DNA of 50,489 nucleotides from Bdellovibrionota bacterium (GTDB lineage Bacteria; Bdellovibrionota_C; UBA2361; JBIKWN01), in the NCBI GenBank assembly GCA_044356295.1, contig JBIKWN010000013.1, positions 1-50,489 of the forward strand, given 5' to 3'. The notes beneath the pieces are model-generated. The model had not been told where the DNA came from, ran no database searches, and saw only the letters and a program-made list of their open reading frames with translations. Position numbers and translations under genes: made by a program. Position 1 is the first letter of the stretch; the number at the start of each line of letters is the position of its first letter. This document shows, one piece after another, positions 1 to 8,978 of this stretch.

Positions 1-276
1 GAAAACACACCTTTTACAAGTGAAATGGATAAAGCTTCACTTGCAAGCCCTTCGATACTAGGTGTCGTTGAAGATAAATCAGCACCACGAAAAGTATTTG
101 AACCAGGGCACCCCGATGCAGATAAGGAAGGTTATGTTGCGTATCCGAATATAAACGTTGTTACAACAATGACTGATTTAATGTCTGCAAGCCGATTATA
201 TCAAGCAAATGTAACAGCACTTGAAACAGCCCGTGATATTTCAAGTGAAGCATTAAGAATTTCACAGAGAACGTAA
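1..276 (+). CDS. flgC: Flagellar basal-body rod protein FlgC (5'-truncated by the window edge)
   Basis: Contains the FlgC C-terminal signature FEPGHPDADKEGYVAYPNINVV..M..L..ASR.YQAN. The frame is open back to base 1 (ENTPFTSEM...). Lies directly upstream of fliE. Confidence 0.95.
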   Translation, partial: ENTPFTSEMDKASLASPSILGVVEDKSAPRKVFEPGHPDADKEGYVAYPNINVVTTMTDLMSASRLYQANVTALETARDISSEALRISQRT

Positions 277-322
277 CAATTTTGTATCAAAGACGTAACA
301 AGGTAATAAGGAAAAACTTAAA

Positions 323-643
323 ATGAGCATACAAAAAATCGGAAATCCATTCGCAGCGTATGAAAAGATACAAGGCATCACAAATCCCGAATCGAATCAG
401 CAGGTAAAGCCAACAAAACAAGGTGGTGGTTTTGGTGATATGTTGTCGAATGCGATCAAAGAAGTCGATACATTACAAAAAACTGCTGATACGCAGATGG
501 AGCAGATGATTTTAGGAACAAATTCAAATCCGCATGAAGCAATGATTGCTCTTGAAAAAGCAGATGTTGCATTTCAGTTAATGAACTCAGTTCGTGCGAA
601 AATTGTTCGTGCTTATGAAGAAGTCATGAGAGCTCAGGTGTAG
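323..643 (+). CDS. fliE: Flagellar hook-basal body protein FliE
   Basis: FGDMLSNAIKEVD...HEAMIALEKADVAFQLMNSVRAKIVRAYEEVMRAQV. An aagga SD lies upstream. Sits between flgC and fliF. Confidence 0.95.
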   Translation: MSIQKIGNPFAAYEKIQGITNPESNQQVKPTKQGGGFGDMLSNAIKEVDTLQKTADTQMEQMILGTNSNPHEAMIALEKADVAFQLMNSVRAKIVRAYEEVMRAQV

Positions 644-685
644 TAAACAGCTAAATTTTGATTTAACTAAGGAAGGTTATTCGTC

Positions 686-2353
686 GTGGCAACAACAATG
701 GACCCCAGTGCAGTACTTGCACAATTGACTGAAGGATTTGTAAAACTTCCACTTCTACAAAAAATTATTTTCCCACTTTTGATTATCGGATCTGTGGCAG
801 GGATAGTTTTTGTATCAAAATGGGCGAATCAACCTGATTATGTAGTCTTGTATAGCGATCTTAAACCTACTGATGCTTCAGCAGTTGTTGAAAAATTAAA
901 AAGTCAAAAAATTAAATATGAAATTCGTGGTGATGGATCCACGGTTGCGATTTCTCCTCCTGAAATGGTGCATGAACTTCGAATGAGCCTCGCTTCTGAA
1001 GGAGTTCCAAAAGGTGGTACAATAGGATTTGAATTATTTGATCAGTCGCAACTTGGTGCGACTACGTTCGTTGAAAAGTTAAAATTTATTCGGGGACTAC
1101 AAGGGGAGCTTGAAAGAACAATTACCTCTCTTGAGTCTGTAGCTTCTGCAAGAGTACATATTACTCAACCAGAAAAAACAGTTTTTGCAAAAAATGCTGC
1201 TAAACCTACAGCATCAGTTATGCTTCGCCAACGTGCAGGTGGTGAGCTTGATAAAAAACAGATTAAAGGAATTCAAAATCTTGTCGCAGGTAGTGTTGAA
1301 GGTCTTGAAAAAGAAAATGTCACCATTATTGATGTATATGGAAATCTATTAACTCCGAAAGAAGAAGGAGAAGATATGATGGGGCAAGAAGCAACAAGAC
1401 TTCAGTACCAAACTGAAGTTGAGCGTGGATATGTACAGCGCATTGAGCAGATGCTTCAAAAAATCTTAGGTCCTGGTAAAGTAATCGCACGCGTAACTGC
1501 TGATATGGATTTCACTTCAACCGAGCGTGAAGAGGAAAGCTATGATCCAGGTGGGCAAGTCATCCGTTCTGAGCGTTTAGTAGATCAAGGAACGAGTGGT
1601 GTTGGGCAACAACGAGGTGGTGTTCCTGGTGTTGTATCGAATATTTCAAATGATCCTGCACTTCTTGCACCTCCGGGTGGTTCTGCTTCTATCGAAGGTA
1701 ATAAAGAACAGGTTAAGAACTATGAAGTATCACGTGCCGTTACTAAAAGTTCACTCGCACGCGGAAAGCTTTTAAAACTCTCTGTTGCAGTATTAGTTGA
1801 CGGAACGTATGAGGCGGCTCAAGGAGCTACTCCTCCTGATGCTGAAACAGAAACTCCGAAAATATTTAAACCGCTTGATCCAGATACTGTTTCTAGAATT
1901 GAATCAGTGGTTAAGAGTGCAGTCGGTTACGATACTTCGCGAGGGGATAGTATCACTGTTGAAAATATTCCTTTCTTTGCACCTGACGAAGGAATTGCGA
2001 AGGCAATGGATAAAAAAGCAACGTTTGACCTCGTGTTTAACGGTATTTCAAAAGCAGTGCCTGTACTTTTTGTTCTCTTGTTCTTCTTTGTAATCGTTAG
2101 GCCTTTAGTTCGTTTCTTAGTGACGCCAACTGAAGCAGAAGTTGATCTATCTCGATTACTTCCGACTGGTATTAAAGAACTTGAAGCAGAACTTGAATCC
2201 GAGCGTTCGAAACCTCAACTACCTTCACTTGAGCCAAGAATTGATCTTGAGCAGTTGGAAGAGTTGATGGCAGAGAACTCAAGAATTGTTAAAGAAAATC
2301 CACAACAAGCAGCACTTCTCATCCGTTATTGGTTAAATGATGGACGTCTGTAA
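686..2353 (+). CDS. fliF: Flagellar MS-ring protein FliF
   Basis: N-terminal TM, GFELFD..LGATTF, LQGELERTI..ARVHI..PTASV, KNYEVSR, LSVAVLVDG, second TM and C-terminal ENPQQAALLIRYWL. GTG start with an aaggaagg SD. Confidence 0.96.
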   Translation: MATTMDPSAVLAQLTEGFVKLPLLQKIIFPLLIIGSVAGIVFVSKWANQPDYVVLYSDLKPTDASAVVEKLKSQKIKYEIRGDGSTVAISPPEMVHELRMSLASEGVPKGGTIGFELFDQSQLGATTFVEKLKFIRGLQGELERTITSLESVASARVHITQPEKTVFAKNAAKPTASVMLRQRAGGELDKKQIKGIQNLVAGSVEGLEKENVTIIDVYGNLLTPKEEGEDMMGQEATRLQYQTEVERGYVQRIEQMLQKILGPGKVIARVTADMDFTSTEREEESYDPGGQVIRSERLVDQGTSGVGQQRGGVPGVVSNISNDPALLAPPGGSASIEGNKEQVKNYEVSRAVTKSSLARGKLLKLSVAVLVDGTYEAAQGATPPDAETETPKIFKPLDPDTVSRIESVVKSAVGYDTSRGDSITVENIPFFAPDEGIAKAMDKKATFDLVFNGISKAVPVLFVLLFFFVIVRPLVRFLVTPTEAEVDLSRLLPTGIKELEAELESERSKPQLPSLEPRIDLEQLEELMAENSRIVKENPQQAALLIRYWLNDGRL

Positions 2354-2385
2354 GAGTAAAAAACTAGTTAAGGAAATCTTTTCAT

Positions 2386-3165
2386 ATGACTTCTACCGCT
2401 GATTATAGAGAAACCCCCTACGAGGATGCAGCGTTTGAAATTGTAGGTCCACCTCCAGGTCCAGAAGAGTTTGTACCGCTAAAAATTGAGACAATGCAAC
2501 GAACTCAGCGTATGACTGATGAGATGTTTCAAGATTTTGGAGGTAATCGTGCCGAAACTGATGCAATTTGGCATTTACCTAAAACTGTTGGATATATCTC
2601 TGAAGATAAAAAGAAAGTTGAAGAACTTAAATTGCAACAACAGCAAGATGAGATTCAGCAAAGAATTGATGCTGCAAGAGCTGAAGGGTTTCAAGCTGGT
2701 ACGGAGCAAGCAACAGCAGAACTTAGTTTAGAAATGAATGAAAAATTCATGACTATTGAACAACATGTTTCTGGAATTTTGGCTGATTATAAAAAACAGG
2801 TTGAAGAAACCGTTATTGCAATTGAGAAGCAAGCAATCATCTTAGCAACACAGCTTACTGAAAAAATTCTTCCCGATGCAGTCGAAATTAATCCTGAATA
2901 TTTAATTCCAATAATTCAAGAAGCTCTTCAACTTTCTGGCGGAGCAATCATTAAACAAGTTCGCGTAAGCCCTCAAGATTTAGAATTTATTCAAGTGGTA
3001 GGATTAACCCAATCATTAAAACAGTTTGACGGAACATGGGCTTTTGTTGCTGATGAAACAGTTCGAGCTGGCTGTGTTGTTGAAACAAGTGCCGGAGTTG
3101 TTGAATACGATTTAGATAAAGCGTGGGAACGTACAAAGAATAAAATACTATCAGTAGTAAAATGA
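2386..3165 (+). CDS. fliH: Flagellar export protein FliH
   Basis: AxxxGxxxGxxxA segment (ARAEGFQAGTEQA), coiled coil, and C-terminal VRVSPQD...DETVRAGCVVETSAGVVE. Overlaps the fliI start. Confidence 0.88.
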   Translation: MTSTADYRETPYEDAAFEIVGPPPGPEEFVPLKIETMQRTQRMTDEMFQDFGGNRAETDAIWHLPKTVGYISEDKKKVEELKLQQQQDEIQQRIDAARAEGFQAGTEQATAELSLEMNEKFMTIEQHVSGILADYKKQVEETVIAIEKQAIILATQLTEKILPDAVEINPEYLIPIIQEALQLSGGAIIKQVRVSPQDLEFIQVVGLTQSLKQFDGTWAFVADETVRAGCVVETSAGVVEYDLDKAWERTKNKILSVVK

Positions 3166-4484
3166 GTTTAGGATTTTTTGAACAAGCCTCTGCATCAGCA
3201 CTGCTCGCAAGTAATTATGAGTTGCGTGGCACTGTATCTGATGTGACTGGACTTATCGTTGAGGGGAATGGCCCATTTGTTCCAGTTGGATCAACTGTAA
3301 CGATTCGTTCAGGCTATGAAGAAACGCCTGCACAGGTTGTAGGATTTCGAAAAGATACAGTACTTCTTATGCCTTTCGGAGAGATCCAAGGACTCGCACC
3401 AGGAGCTACTATTGTTGCAACGTCTGCACGGAGCGAAGTGTTAGTGAGTGATGCAATGCTTGGAAGAGTGCTTGATCCATTTGGAAATCCAATTGATGGA
3501 CCACCACTACCAATTACTGGAACATTAGTACCGTTATACCGAGATCCACCCAATCCAGTGACAAGAGCGCGAGTACATGAACCGTTTGATGTTGGAGTCA
3601 GAACGATTAATAGTTTGCTCACCATTGGTTGTGGTCAGCGAGTAGGAATTATGGCGGGTTCCGGTGTGGGTAAATCAACCCTGTTAGGCATGATTGCAAA
3701 AAACTCTGCAAGTGACATAAATGTTATTACACTTGTTGGAGAGCGAGGAAGAGAAGTTAGAGAATTTATTGAACGAGATCTTGGACCAGAAGGACTTGCA
3801 CGATCCATTGTTATCGTAGCTACTGGTAATCAGTCTGCATTATTAAGAATTCGGGCGGCATATTTAGGGACTGCCATTGCTGAGCATTTTAGAGATCAAG
3901 GAAAAAAAGTTGTTTTAATGATGGATTCAGTTACACGTTTTGCAATGGCACAACGTGAAATTGGTCTTGCTGTTGGTGAACCACCGAGTACAAAGGGATA
4001 CACACCTTCAGTATTTTCTTTGCTTCCAAAATTACTTGAACGAGCAGGTACTTCATCTGGAACCGGATCTATTACAGGGCTCTATACAGTGCTTGTTGAA
4101 GGTGATGATATGAATGAGCCGATCGCAGATGCGACTCGTGGTATCTTGGATGGACATATAGTTTTAAGTCGAAGGCTCGCTGGTCGCGGGCATTATCCAG
4201 CAATCGAAATTTTAGAAAGTGTATCTCGGGTCATGCAAGATATTGTACCACCAGAGCTGATACCTATTGCATCTCGTGCGCGAGATATCCTTGCAACATA
4301 CAGAGATACTGAAGACCTTATTACGATAGGTGCTTATAAGCCAGGACAAAATCCTCGTGTTGATTATGCTGTTCAACGAATTGAAAAGTTAACAGAGTTC
4401 TTGAAGCAAAAAAGTATTGAAAAAGCGGCACTCATTGAGAGTTGGCAAGAATTAGCTCAAATAGTTGCGGAAGGGACCCAGTGA
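3162..4484 (+). CDS. fliI: Flagellum-specific export ATPase FliI
   Basis: Walker A AGSGVGKST, GERGREVREF, Walker B VVLMMDSVTRFA, GEPP..KGY.PSVF, VEGDDMNEPIAD..RGILDGHIVLSR; flagellar context. Confidence 0.96.
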   Translation: MSLGFFEQASASALLASNYELRGTVSDVTGLIVEGNGPFVPVGSTVTIRSGYEETPAQVVGFRKDTVLLMPFGEIQGLAPGATIVATSARSEVLVSDAMLGRVLDPFGNPIDGPPLPITGTLVPLYRDPPNPVTRARVHEPFDVGVRTINSLLTIGCGQRVGIMAGSGVGKSTLLGMIAKNSASDINVITLVGERGREVREFIERDLGPEGLARSIVIVATGNQSALLRIRAAYLGTAIAEHFRDQGKKVVLMMDSVTRFAMAQREIGLAVGEPPSTKGYTPSVFSLLPKLLERAGTSSGTGSITGLYTVLVEGDDMNEPIADATRGILDGHIVLSRRLAGRGHYPAIEILESVSRVMQDIVPPELIPIASRARDILATYRDTEDLITIGAYKPGQNPRVDYAVQRIEKLTEFLKQKSIEKAALIESWQELAQIVAEGTQ

Positions 4485-4504
4485 ACAAGGGTTAAAGGCT
4501 CACA

Positions 4505-4936
4505 ATGAAAAAGTTTAAATTTCGCCTTGAAAAGATTCTTCAGTACCGAGATAGCCTAAAGCAAGAGCGACTCCGCGAGTTACAATTAGCGAATGAAAAG
4601 CTTAGAACAGCAGAAGTTCGACTTGAAGAGCTTAAAACAGAATTTGAAAATAACCATTATTCAGATGGGCAAATTTTGCAGGTAGAAGAAGTTTACATCC
4701 GATCTGCCTACTCGGAGCGTCTAAAACAAGAGATAAGTCGCCAGCATACACATATTGATGAATGCAAGGCTGATGTTGAGCAGGCTCGAAATATATATAT
4801 TGAAGCTTCACGGGAAGCAGAAGTATTAGTGAAGTTAAAAGATAAGAAGCAAGAAGCTTTTAATGAGTATGTAGCAAAGCAGGAAGAGATCTTCCTAGAT
4901 GAATTGGTAACACAAAGAATTGGGATTCAAAAATGA
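4505..4936 (+). CDS. fliJ: Flagellar export chaperone FliJ
   Basis: N-terminus MKKFKFRLEKILQYR, coiled coil, C-terminal EE..LDE; directly follows fliI. Confidence 0.92.
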   Translation: MKKFKFRLEKILQYRDSLKQERLRELQLANEKLRTAEVRLEELKTEFENNHYSDGQILQVEEVYIRSAYSERLKQEISRQHTHIDECKADVEQARNIYIEASREAEVLVKLKDKKQEAFNEYVAKQEEIFLDELVTQRIGIQK

Positions 4937-5736
4937 GCAAGAAAAAAACGATGAGTAGAGAAGAAGCGGTTGAACTTTATAATGATCTGCAAAATTCTAT
5001 GAACGCAATCATGCAAGGAAAAGCACCTGCAAAAGTAGTCAAACCAAAAAGTGAATATTTTAAAACAGCAGCCAAAAGTGTGAATAAAAATGTTTCTGGT
5101 GTTGTTAATTCTCTAGAAGGTGAGGGAGGTGTTACTACTTCATTTACAGGACCTCGTTCAAAAGACAGAGGTGTAATTGGAGCTATAACATTTTTACTTT
5201 TTTGTGGGATGTTTAAACTCGGTGTTGCTGTTATTGAATATACTGGAGTGATGAGTCCAACTCCTGCTGAAGCAGCAATGGCAACAGGGATTAGTAATCC
5301 AACTGCGACTCGTCAAATTATTGCAACACCTCAAAATGGTTTAAGTCCTGAAGATATTAAGATTCTTACTGCACTTGATTCAAAAAGAGTTGAGCTTGAA
5401 GAGCGTTCAAAACGTCTCGATTCTAGAGAAAATGATATATCGAAGCGTGACAAAGATTTTGTTTTAAAGTTATCTGAAATTCGTGAGTTAACAGAGAAAC
5501 TTAAACTAGAGCGTGATAAAGGTATGAAAAAAGATCAAGGACAACTTGATCAGCTTGCAAATGTCTATGGTTCGATGGCACCTCAAGAAGCTGCAAAACT
5601 CATTGAGCAACTTGATGTGACGATTGCTTTGCCACTTCTCCAACGTATGCCAGAGAAGCGTATGGGATTAATTTTACCGATGATGTCTGCCGAGAAAGCA
5701 CTTATCATTACTAAACTTTTAAGTGGTCAACGGTAA
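4933..5736 (+). CDS. Membrane-anchored MotE/YlxF-like flagellar protein (coiled coil + MgtE_N-like C-terminus)
   Basis: TM segment (GAITFLLFCGMFKLGVAVI), coiled coil, then LANVYGSMAPQEAAKLIEQLD...LLQRMPEKRMGLILPMMSAEKA. This family commonly follows fliJ. Confidence 0.8.
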   Translation: MSKKKTMSREEAVELYNDLQNSMNAIMQGKAPAKVVKPKSEYFKTAAKSVNKNVSGVVNSLEGEGGVTTSFTGPRSKDRGVIGAITFLLFCGMFKLGVAVIEYTGVMSPTPAEAAMATGISNPTATRQIIATPQNGLSPEDIKILTALDSKRVELEERSKRLDSRENDISKRDKDFVLKLSEIRELTEKLKLERDKGMKKDQGQLDQLANVYGSMAPQEAAKLIEQLDVTIALPLLQRMPEKRMGLILPMMSAEKALIITKLLSGQR

Positions 5737-5738
5737 TA

Positions 5739-5765
5739 GTGCCTCAACTACCAGGGGCACATTTC
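5739..5765 (+). terminator. Weak hairpin after the flagellar operon
   Basis: gtgcctc-N8-ggggcac stem with one G-U pair, 2 nt after the stop codon, between convergent genes. The U-tract is short. Confidence 0.3.
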
Positions 5766-5777
5766 ATTGAGTGCAAC

Positions 5778-6113
5778 TCAAACTTTTTTATAGAAATTTT
5801 GAATAGTTTGTGTTGATTCAAAGGTTCTATCAAGGTCATTAACAAATCGAGCTTTGCTTGAGTACTTAAATCCAGTGATATAGCTGTTGTAAGATTTTGA
5901 AGACTTTGGATCTAATGAAAGTGAAGAATTTGTTTGGATATCTGCAATTTTACTTCCGACCTCTTGAGATAAATTACCTCTGCCTCGTTTGTAATCATCA
6001 ATGTGTTTCTCAACTTCAATGAGTTGCGGGCGTTTGTTAAGGACTTTTGAAAGACCAGTGACGGAGCTGCTAGAAAAACCCAGTAGTGTTTTTATATCAG
6101 GTGTAATCTTCAT
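5778..6113 (-). CDS. Hypothetical protein (~111 aa; ATG at 6113 preferred over the TTG at 6152)
   Basis: The ORF fills the gap between convergent and divergent genes. No recognisable motif. Confidence 0.55.
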   Translation of the reverse strand: MKITPDIKTLLGFSSSSVTGLSKVLNKRPQLIEVEKHIDDYKRGRGNLSQEVGSKIADIQTNSSLSLDPKSSKSYNSYITGFKYSSKARFVNDLDRTFESTQTIQNFYKKV

Positions 6114-6337
6114 TGCTCTGCCTTGAGCTCTACTAAAATCTGCTTCATGCAAATTGAACTAAGATTAAAGTCGGCATTTTTTGCTGTTGGATTGAGCTAA
6201 AAATGAATCTAGGTAATATTCGTATAAAATAGTGAAAAAGGACTTTCAGGTGCACAGCACTCGGAAAGATAACCAAAGTGACTGCCTTTGTGGATGATTA
6301 GCATAATTTAACCAAATTTGAGAATCTATCGAACGAA

Positions 6338-7120
6338 ATGATGCAACCAAATCTGTCTTCACAATTAGTAACACTTGCCTGCAGAAATAGCCTCGATATT
6401 GTTGCGGCATCTTATCAGCATGCTCCTCACTCATCACGAGCAGTGCTGCTTACGCATGGTATGTTCTCATCTCAAACCTCTGGGACAATTCAAGCAATCA
6501 CTCCGATTTTATGGAACTTGGCGAATTCAACACTTATTATCGATCTTTATGCGCATGGGAAAAGCTCCGGTGAGTTACAGAGCATGACAGCATCAAAAAT
6601 AATTGAATCAGTAACAACAGGGATAGATTTTTTAATTTCAAAAGGGCACAAAAAAATTACTCTTTTCGGGTCAAGTATGAGTGGCTTTGCATGCATTGAA
6701 GCAGCCAATCTCTATCCTGAATTCGTAGAGAAAGTAATCCTCAAAAGCCCTGTTGTTGATTATCAAGATCTTTATCGGCGGCGTCTGGGGGAAGAGGGTC
6801 TGGCAAAATGGAAAACAGAAGGAAGCTTAAAACTTTTTGATCATCGAATAGACGATACCGTTGATATCCCATTTACTTTTTTTCAAAGTTTTCAAGATTA
6901 TCCTTTTGCAGCACAGCTACTGCCTGAAGACAGACCAGTACATATTGTTCATGGAACTAACGATGAAGTTGTTCCAATTGAGCATGTTGAATATTCAATA
7001 CCGCTTAAAGCGCAAACTTGGAGTATTCGTCGCATACAAGAGGCGAATCATGAATATATGAACAGAGAGCATCGGAAAGAACTGTATGAAGTCCTTACTC
7101 AGATGTTTAGCGATATTTGA
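6338..7120 (+). CDS. Alpha/beta-fold hydrolase (esterase/peptidase family)
   Basis: LLTHG oxyanion motif, DLYAHGKSSG, nucleophile elbow LFGSSMSG, IVHGTNDEVVP, and EANH catalytic His. Confidence 0.9.
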   Translation: MMQPNLSSQLVTLACRNSLDIVAASYQHAPHSSRAVLLTHGMFSSQTSGTIQAITPILWNLANSTLIIDLYAHGKSSGELQSMTASKIIESVTTGIDFLISKGHKKITLFGSSMSGFACIEAANLYPEFVEKVILKSPVVDYQDLYRRRLGEEGLAKWKTEGSLKLFDHRIDDTVDIPFTFFQSFQDYPFAAQLLPEDRPVHIVHGTNDEVVPIEHVEYSIPLKAQTWSIRRIQEANHEYMNREHRKELYEVLTQMFSDI

Positions 7121-7144
7121 ATATAAATCTTTCTCTGAGCACTC

Positions 7145-8176
7145 TTAATCTGCTAAAGACAACTGCTTTTGATCTTCTTCTAATGTAGGGAGCGTAATTG
7201 TAAAACTTGTACCATTATTAATTTCACTTTCAAGAGCAATAGTTCCACCATGTGCCAAGATTATATGCTTCACTAAAGCAAGTCCGAGTCCACTTCCAGC
7301 ACCACCTTTCCTCATTCTTCCATGATCAATTCTATAAAATCTCTCAAATATTCTTGATTGATGTGAGATTGGAATGCCTGGACCATTATCCTCTACGATA
7401 AGTTGAATCTGTTGATGGATAGTTGGTTTTGCCGAGATTTTGACGAGCGAACCTTCATGAGAATGTTTAATAGCATTTTCACAAAGATTCATAAGAGCTT
7501 GGTGGAGGAGCACTCGATTCGCATACATGTGCTGTGTGCTTACTTTCGATTCAATTTGACTACCGTGTTCTTTTGCAATGTTTGAGCAGTCTTGAACGAT
7601 ACTTTTTAACAAGTCATTAACAGAGATGTATTCTTTCTTTAATCCTTCATCGGTAAGTTCGATTTCAGTTAATAGTGAAATCATGTCAAAAATTTCAGTG
7701 ATTCTGTCACTTTGACGCGACGCTGCATCCAAAAATTCCCTGCGTTCTTTTGATTTAATTTGCGGGTATGCCTTTAATGTTTCCACGCAACCTTTAATAG
7801 TTGTCAACGGAGTCTTTATTTCATGTGCAAGATTAGCAACAAATTCTGTTCGTATAGTTTCAAGACGCGCTGTGCGAGTTATATCTGTTAAAGCGCAAAA
7901 AATAGTATCACGATCTTCTTGTTTAGAGATACTAAGTGTAATTCCTGAAATGAGGATTTTGTCTCTCTGGAACTTGATGTTTGAAATTTTATTGAGCAAA
8001 TCATTTAGTATGAGTTGTGGATTTTTTTCGAAAGAACTTTTCTGAATTTTTTCTACGATTGATTTAAAAGAATTATTGGCAAATAAGATCTTAGATGGTT
8101 TTTTGATAACAAGGACACCTTGCTGGAGCGAGCTTTCTATAAATGAAAAAAGAGCTTTTTCGAGCTCAGGGTTCAT
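7145..8176 (-). CDS. phoR: PhoR-like sensor histidine kinase (no TM; PAS-like + HisKA + HATPase)
   Basis: H-box RLETIRTEFVANLAHEIKTPLTTIKG, N-box NLCENAIKH, DNGPGI, RIFERFYRID, GSGLGLALVKHI. Overlaps the regulator stop codon. The PhoR subfamily call is from motif style only. Confidence 0.78.
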   Translation of the reverse strand: MNPELEKALFSFIESSLQQGVLVIKKPSKILFANNSFKSIVEKIQKSSFEKNPQLILNDLLNKISNIKFQRDKILISGITLSISKQEDRDTIFCALTDITRTARLETIRTEFVANLAHEIKTPLTTIKGCVETLKAYPQIKSKERREFLDAASRQSDRITEIFDMISLLTEIELTDEGLKKEYISVNDLLKSIVQDCSNIAKEHGSQIESKVSTQHMYANRVLLHQALMNLCENAIKHSHEGSLVKISAKPTIHQQIQLIVEDNGPGIPISHQSRIFERFYRIDHGRMRKGGAGSGLGLALVKHIILAHGGTIALESEINNGTSFTITLPTLEEDQKQLSLAD

Positions 8177-8889
8177 ACAGCTTCCCTCAGTCGGTAGCCA
8201 ATACCACGTATCGTTTCAATCAGTTCTGCATGCGTACCGAGTTTTTTTCTCAACATTTTAATTTGAGCATCAATAGAACGATCAGTTACTGCATGTTGAG
8301 TGCCATGAATTGAGTCTACAATCTGATAACGAGAAAAAATTCTACCTTTCTTATTAGTAAGCAACGTAAGAATCTTAAACTCTGTAGATGTCAGAATTAG
8401 TTTTTGACCAGCAATACGTGCTTCATAGTTTTCTGAGTCAATTGTTATTAGGTCTTTGTGTTCTGCTGCTTTTTTATTTTGAGAAGATAGTTTTTGTTTT
8501 GATCCTTTAGCATTAGTATTTCTTCGAAGAATACTTCTAATCCTTGCTATAAGAACTTTTGGATTAAAGGGTTTGCAGATGAAATCATCCGCTCCGATTT
8601 CGAGTCCTGCGACTATGTCGGTATCATCACTTTTTGCTGAGACTATAATAACTGGAATTGCTGACTTATGTATTCTGTGAAGTTCTTTGATGAACTCGAA
8701 ACCATCCATCTCAGGTAACATTAAGTCTAAGATTATAAGAGCAGGATTAATTTTCGTAAGAATTTCAAAAGCTTTTTCAGCTGAGTCTGCTGCTTCTACA
8801 ACAAAACCATCTTTTTGAAGATTAAACGTTACTAGTTTTCTAATGTCTTCCTCGTCTTCTATAAGAAGGATAGATTGTCCTCGTGGCAT
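8173..8889 (-). CDS. phoB: OmpR/PhoB-family response regulator (ATG at 8889 preferred over 8925)
   Basis: Receiver ILLIEDE...LIILDLMLPEMDG...GADDFICKPF, and winged helix LTSTEFKIL...DRSIDAQIKMLRKKLG...IETIRGIGYRL. Confidence 0.8.
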   Translation of the reverse strand: MPRGQSILLIEDEEDIRKLVTFNLQKDGFVVEAADSAEKAFEILTKINPALIILDLMLPEMDGFEFIKELHRIHKSAIPVIIVSAKSDDTDIVAGLEIGADDFICKPFNPKVLIARIRSILRRNTNAKGSKQKLSSQNKKAAEHKDLITIDSENYEARIAGQKLILTSTEFKILTLLTNKKGRIFSRYQIVDSIHGTQHAVTDRSIDAQIKMLRKKLGTHAELIETIRGIGYRLREAV

Positions 8890-8978
8890 AGAGTTACGTA
8901 TCAAACAAAAATTTGGCTGATACATAACTTAACTAGTTTCGATTATCAATTTAAAAATGCACTTATGTAGCAGTTTTT

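Noticed and set aside
1797..2093. Short alternative-frame ORFs nested in long genes (e.g. 1797..2093, 3314..3625, 28354..28707, 47764..48153, 50172..50486)
   Set aside because: They lie fully inside well-supported CDSs, have no motifs, and show typical off-frame composition.
686..4936. Injectisome (non-flagellar T3SS)
   Set aside because: flgC, fliE and a full-length two-TM FliF identify a flagellar operon.
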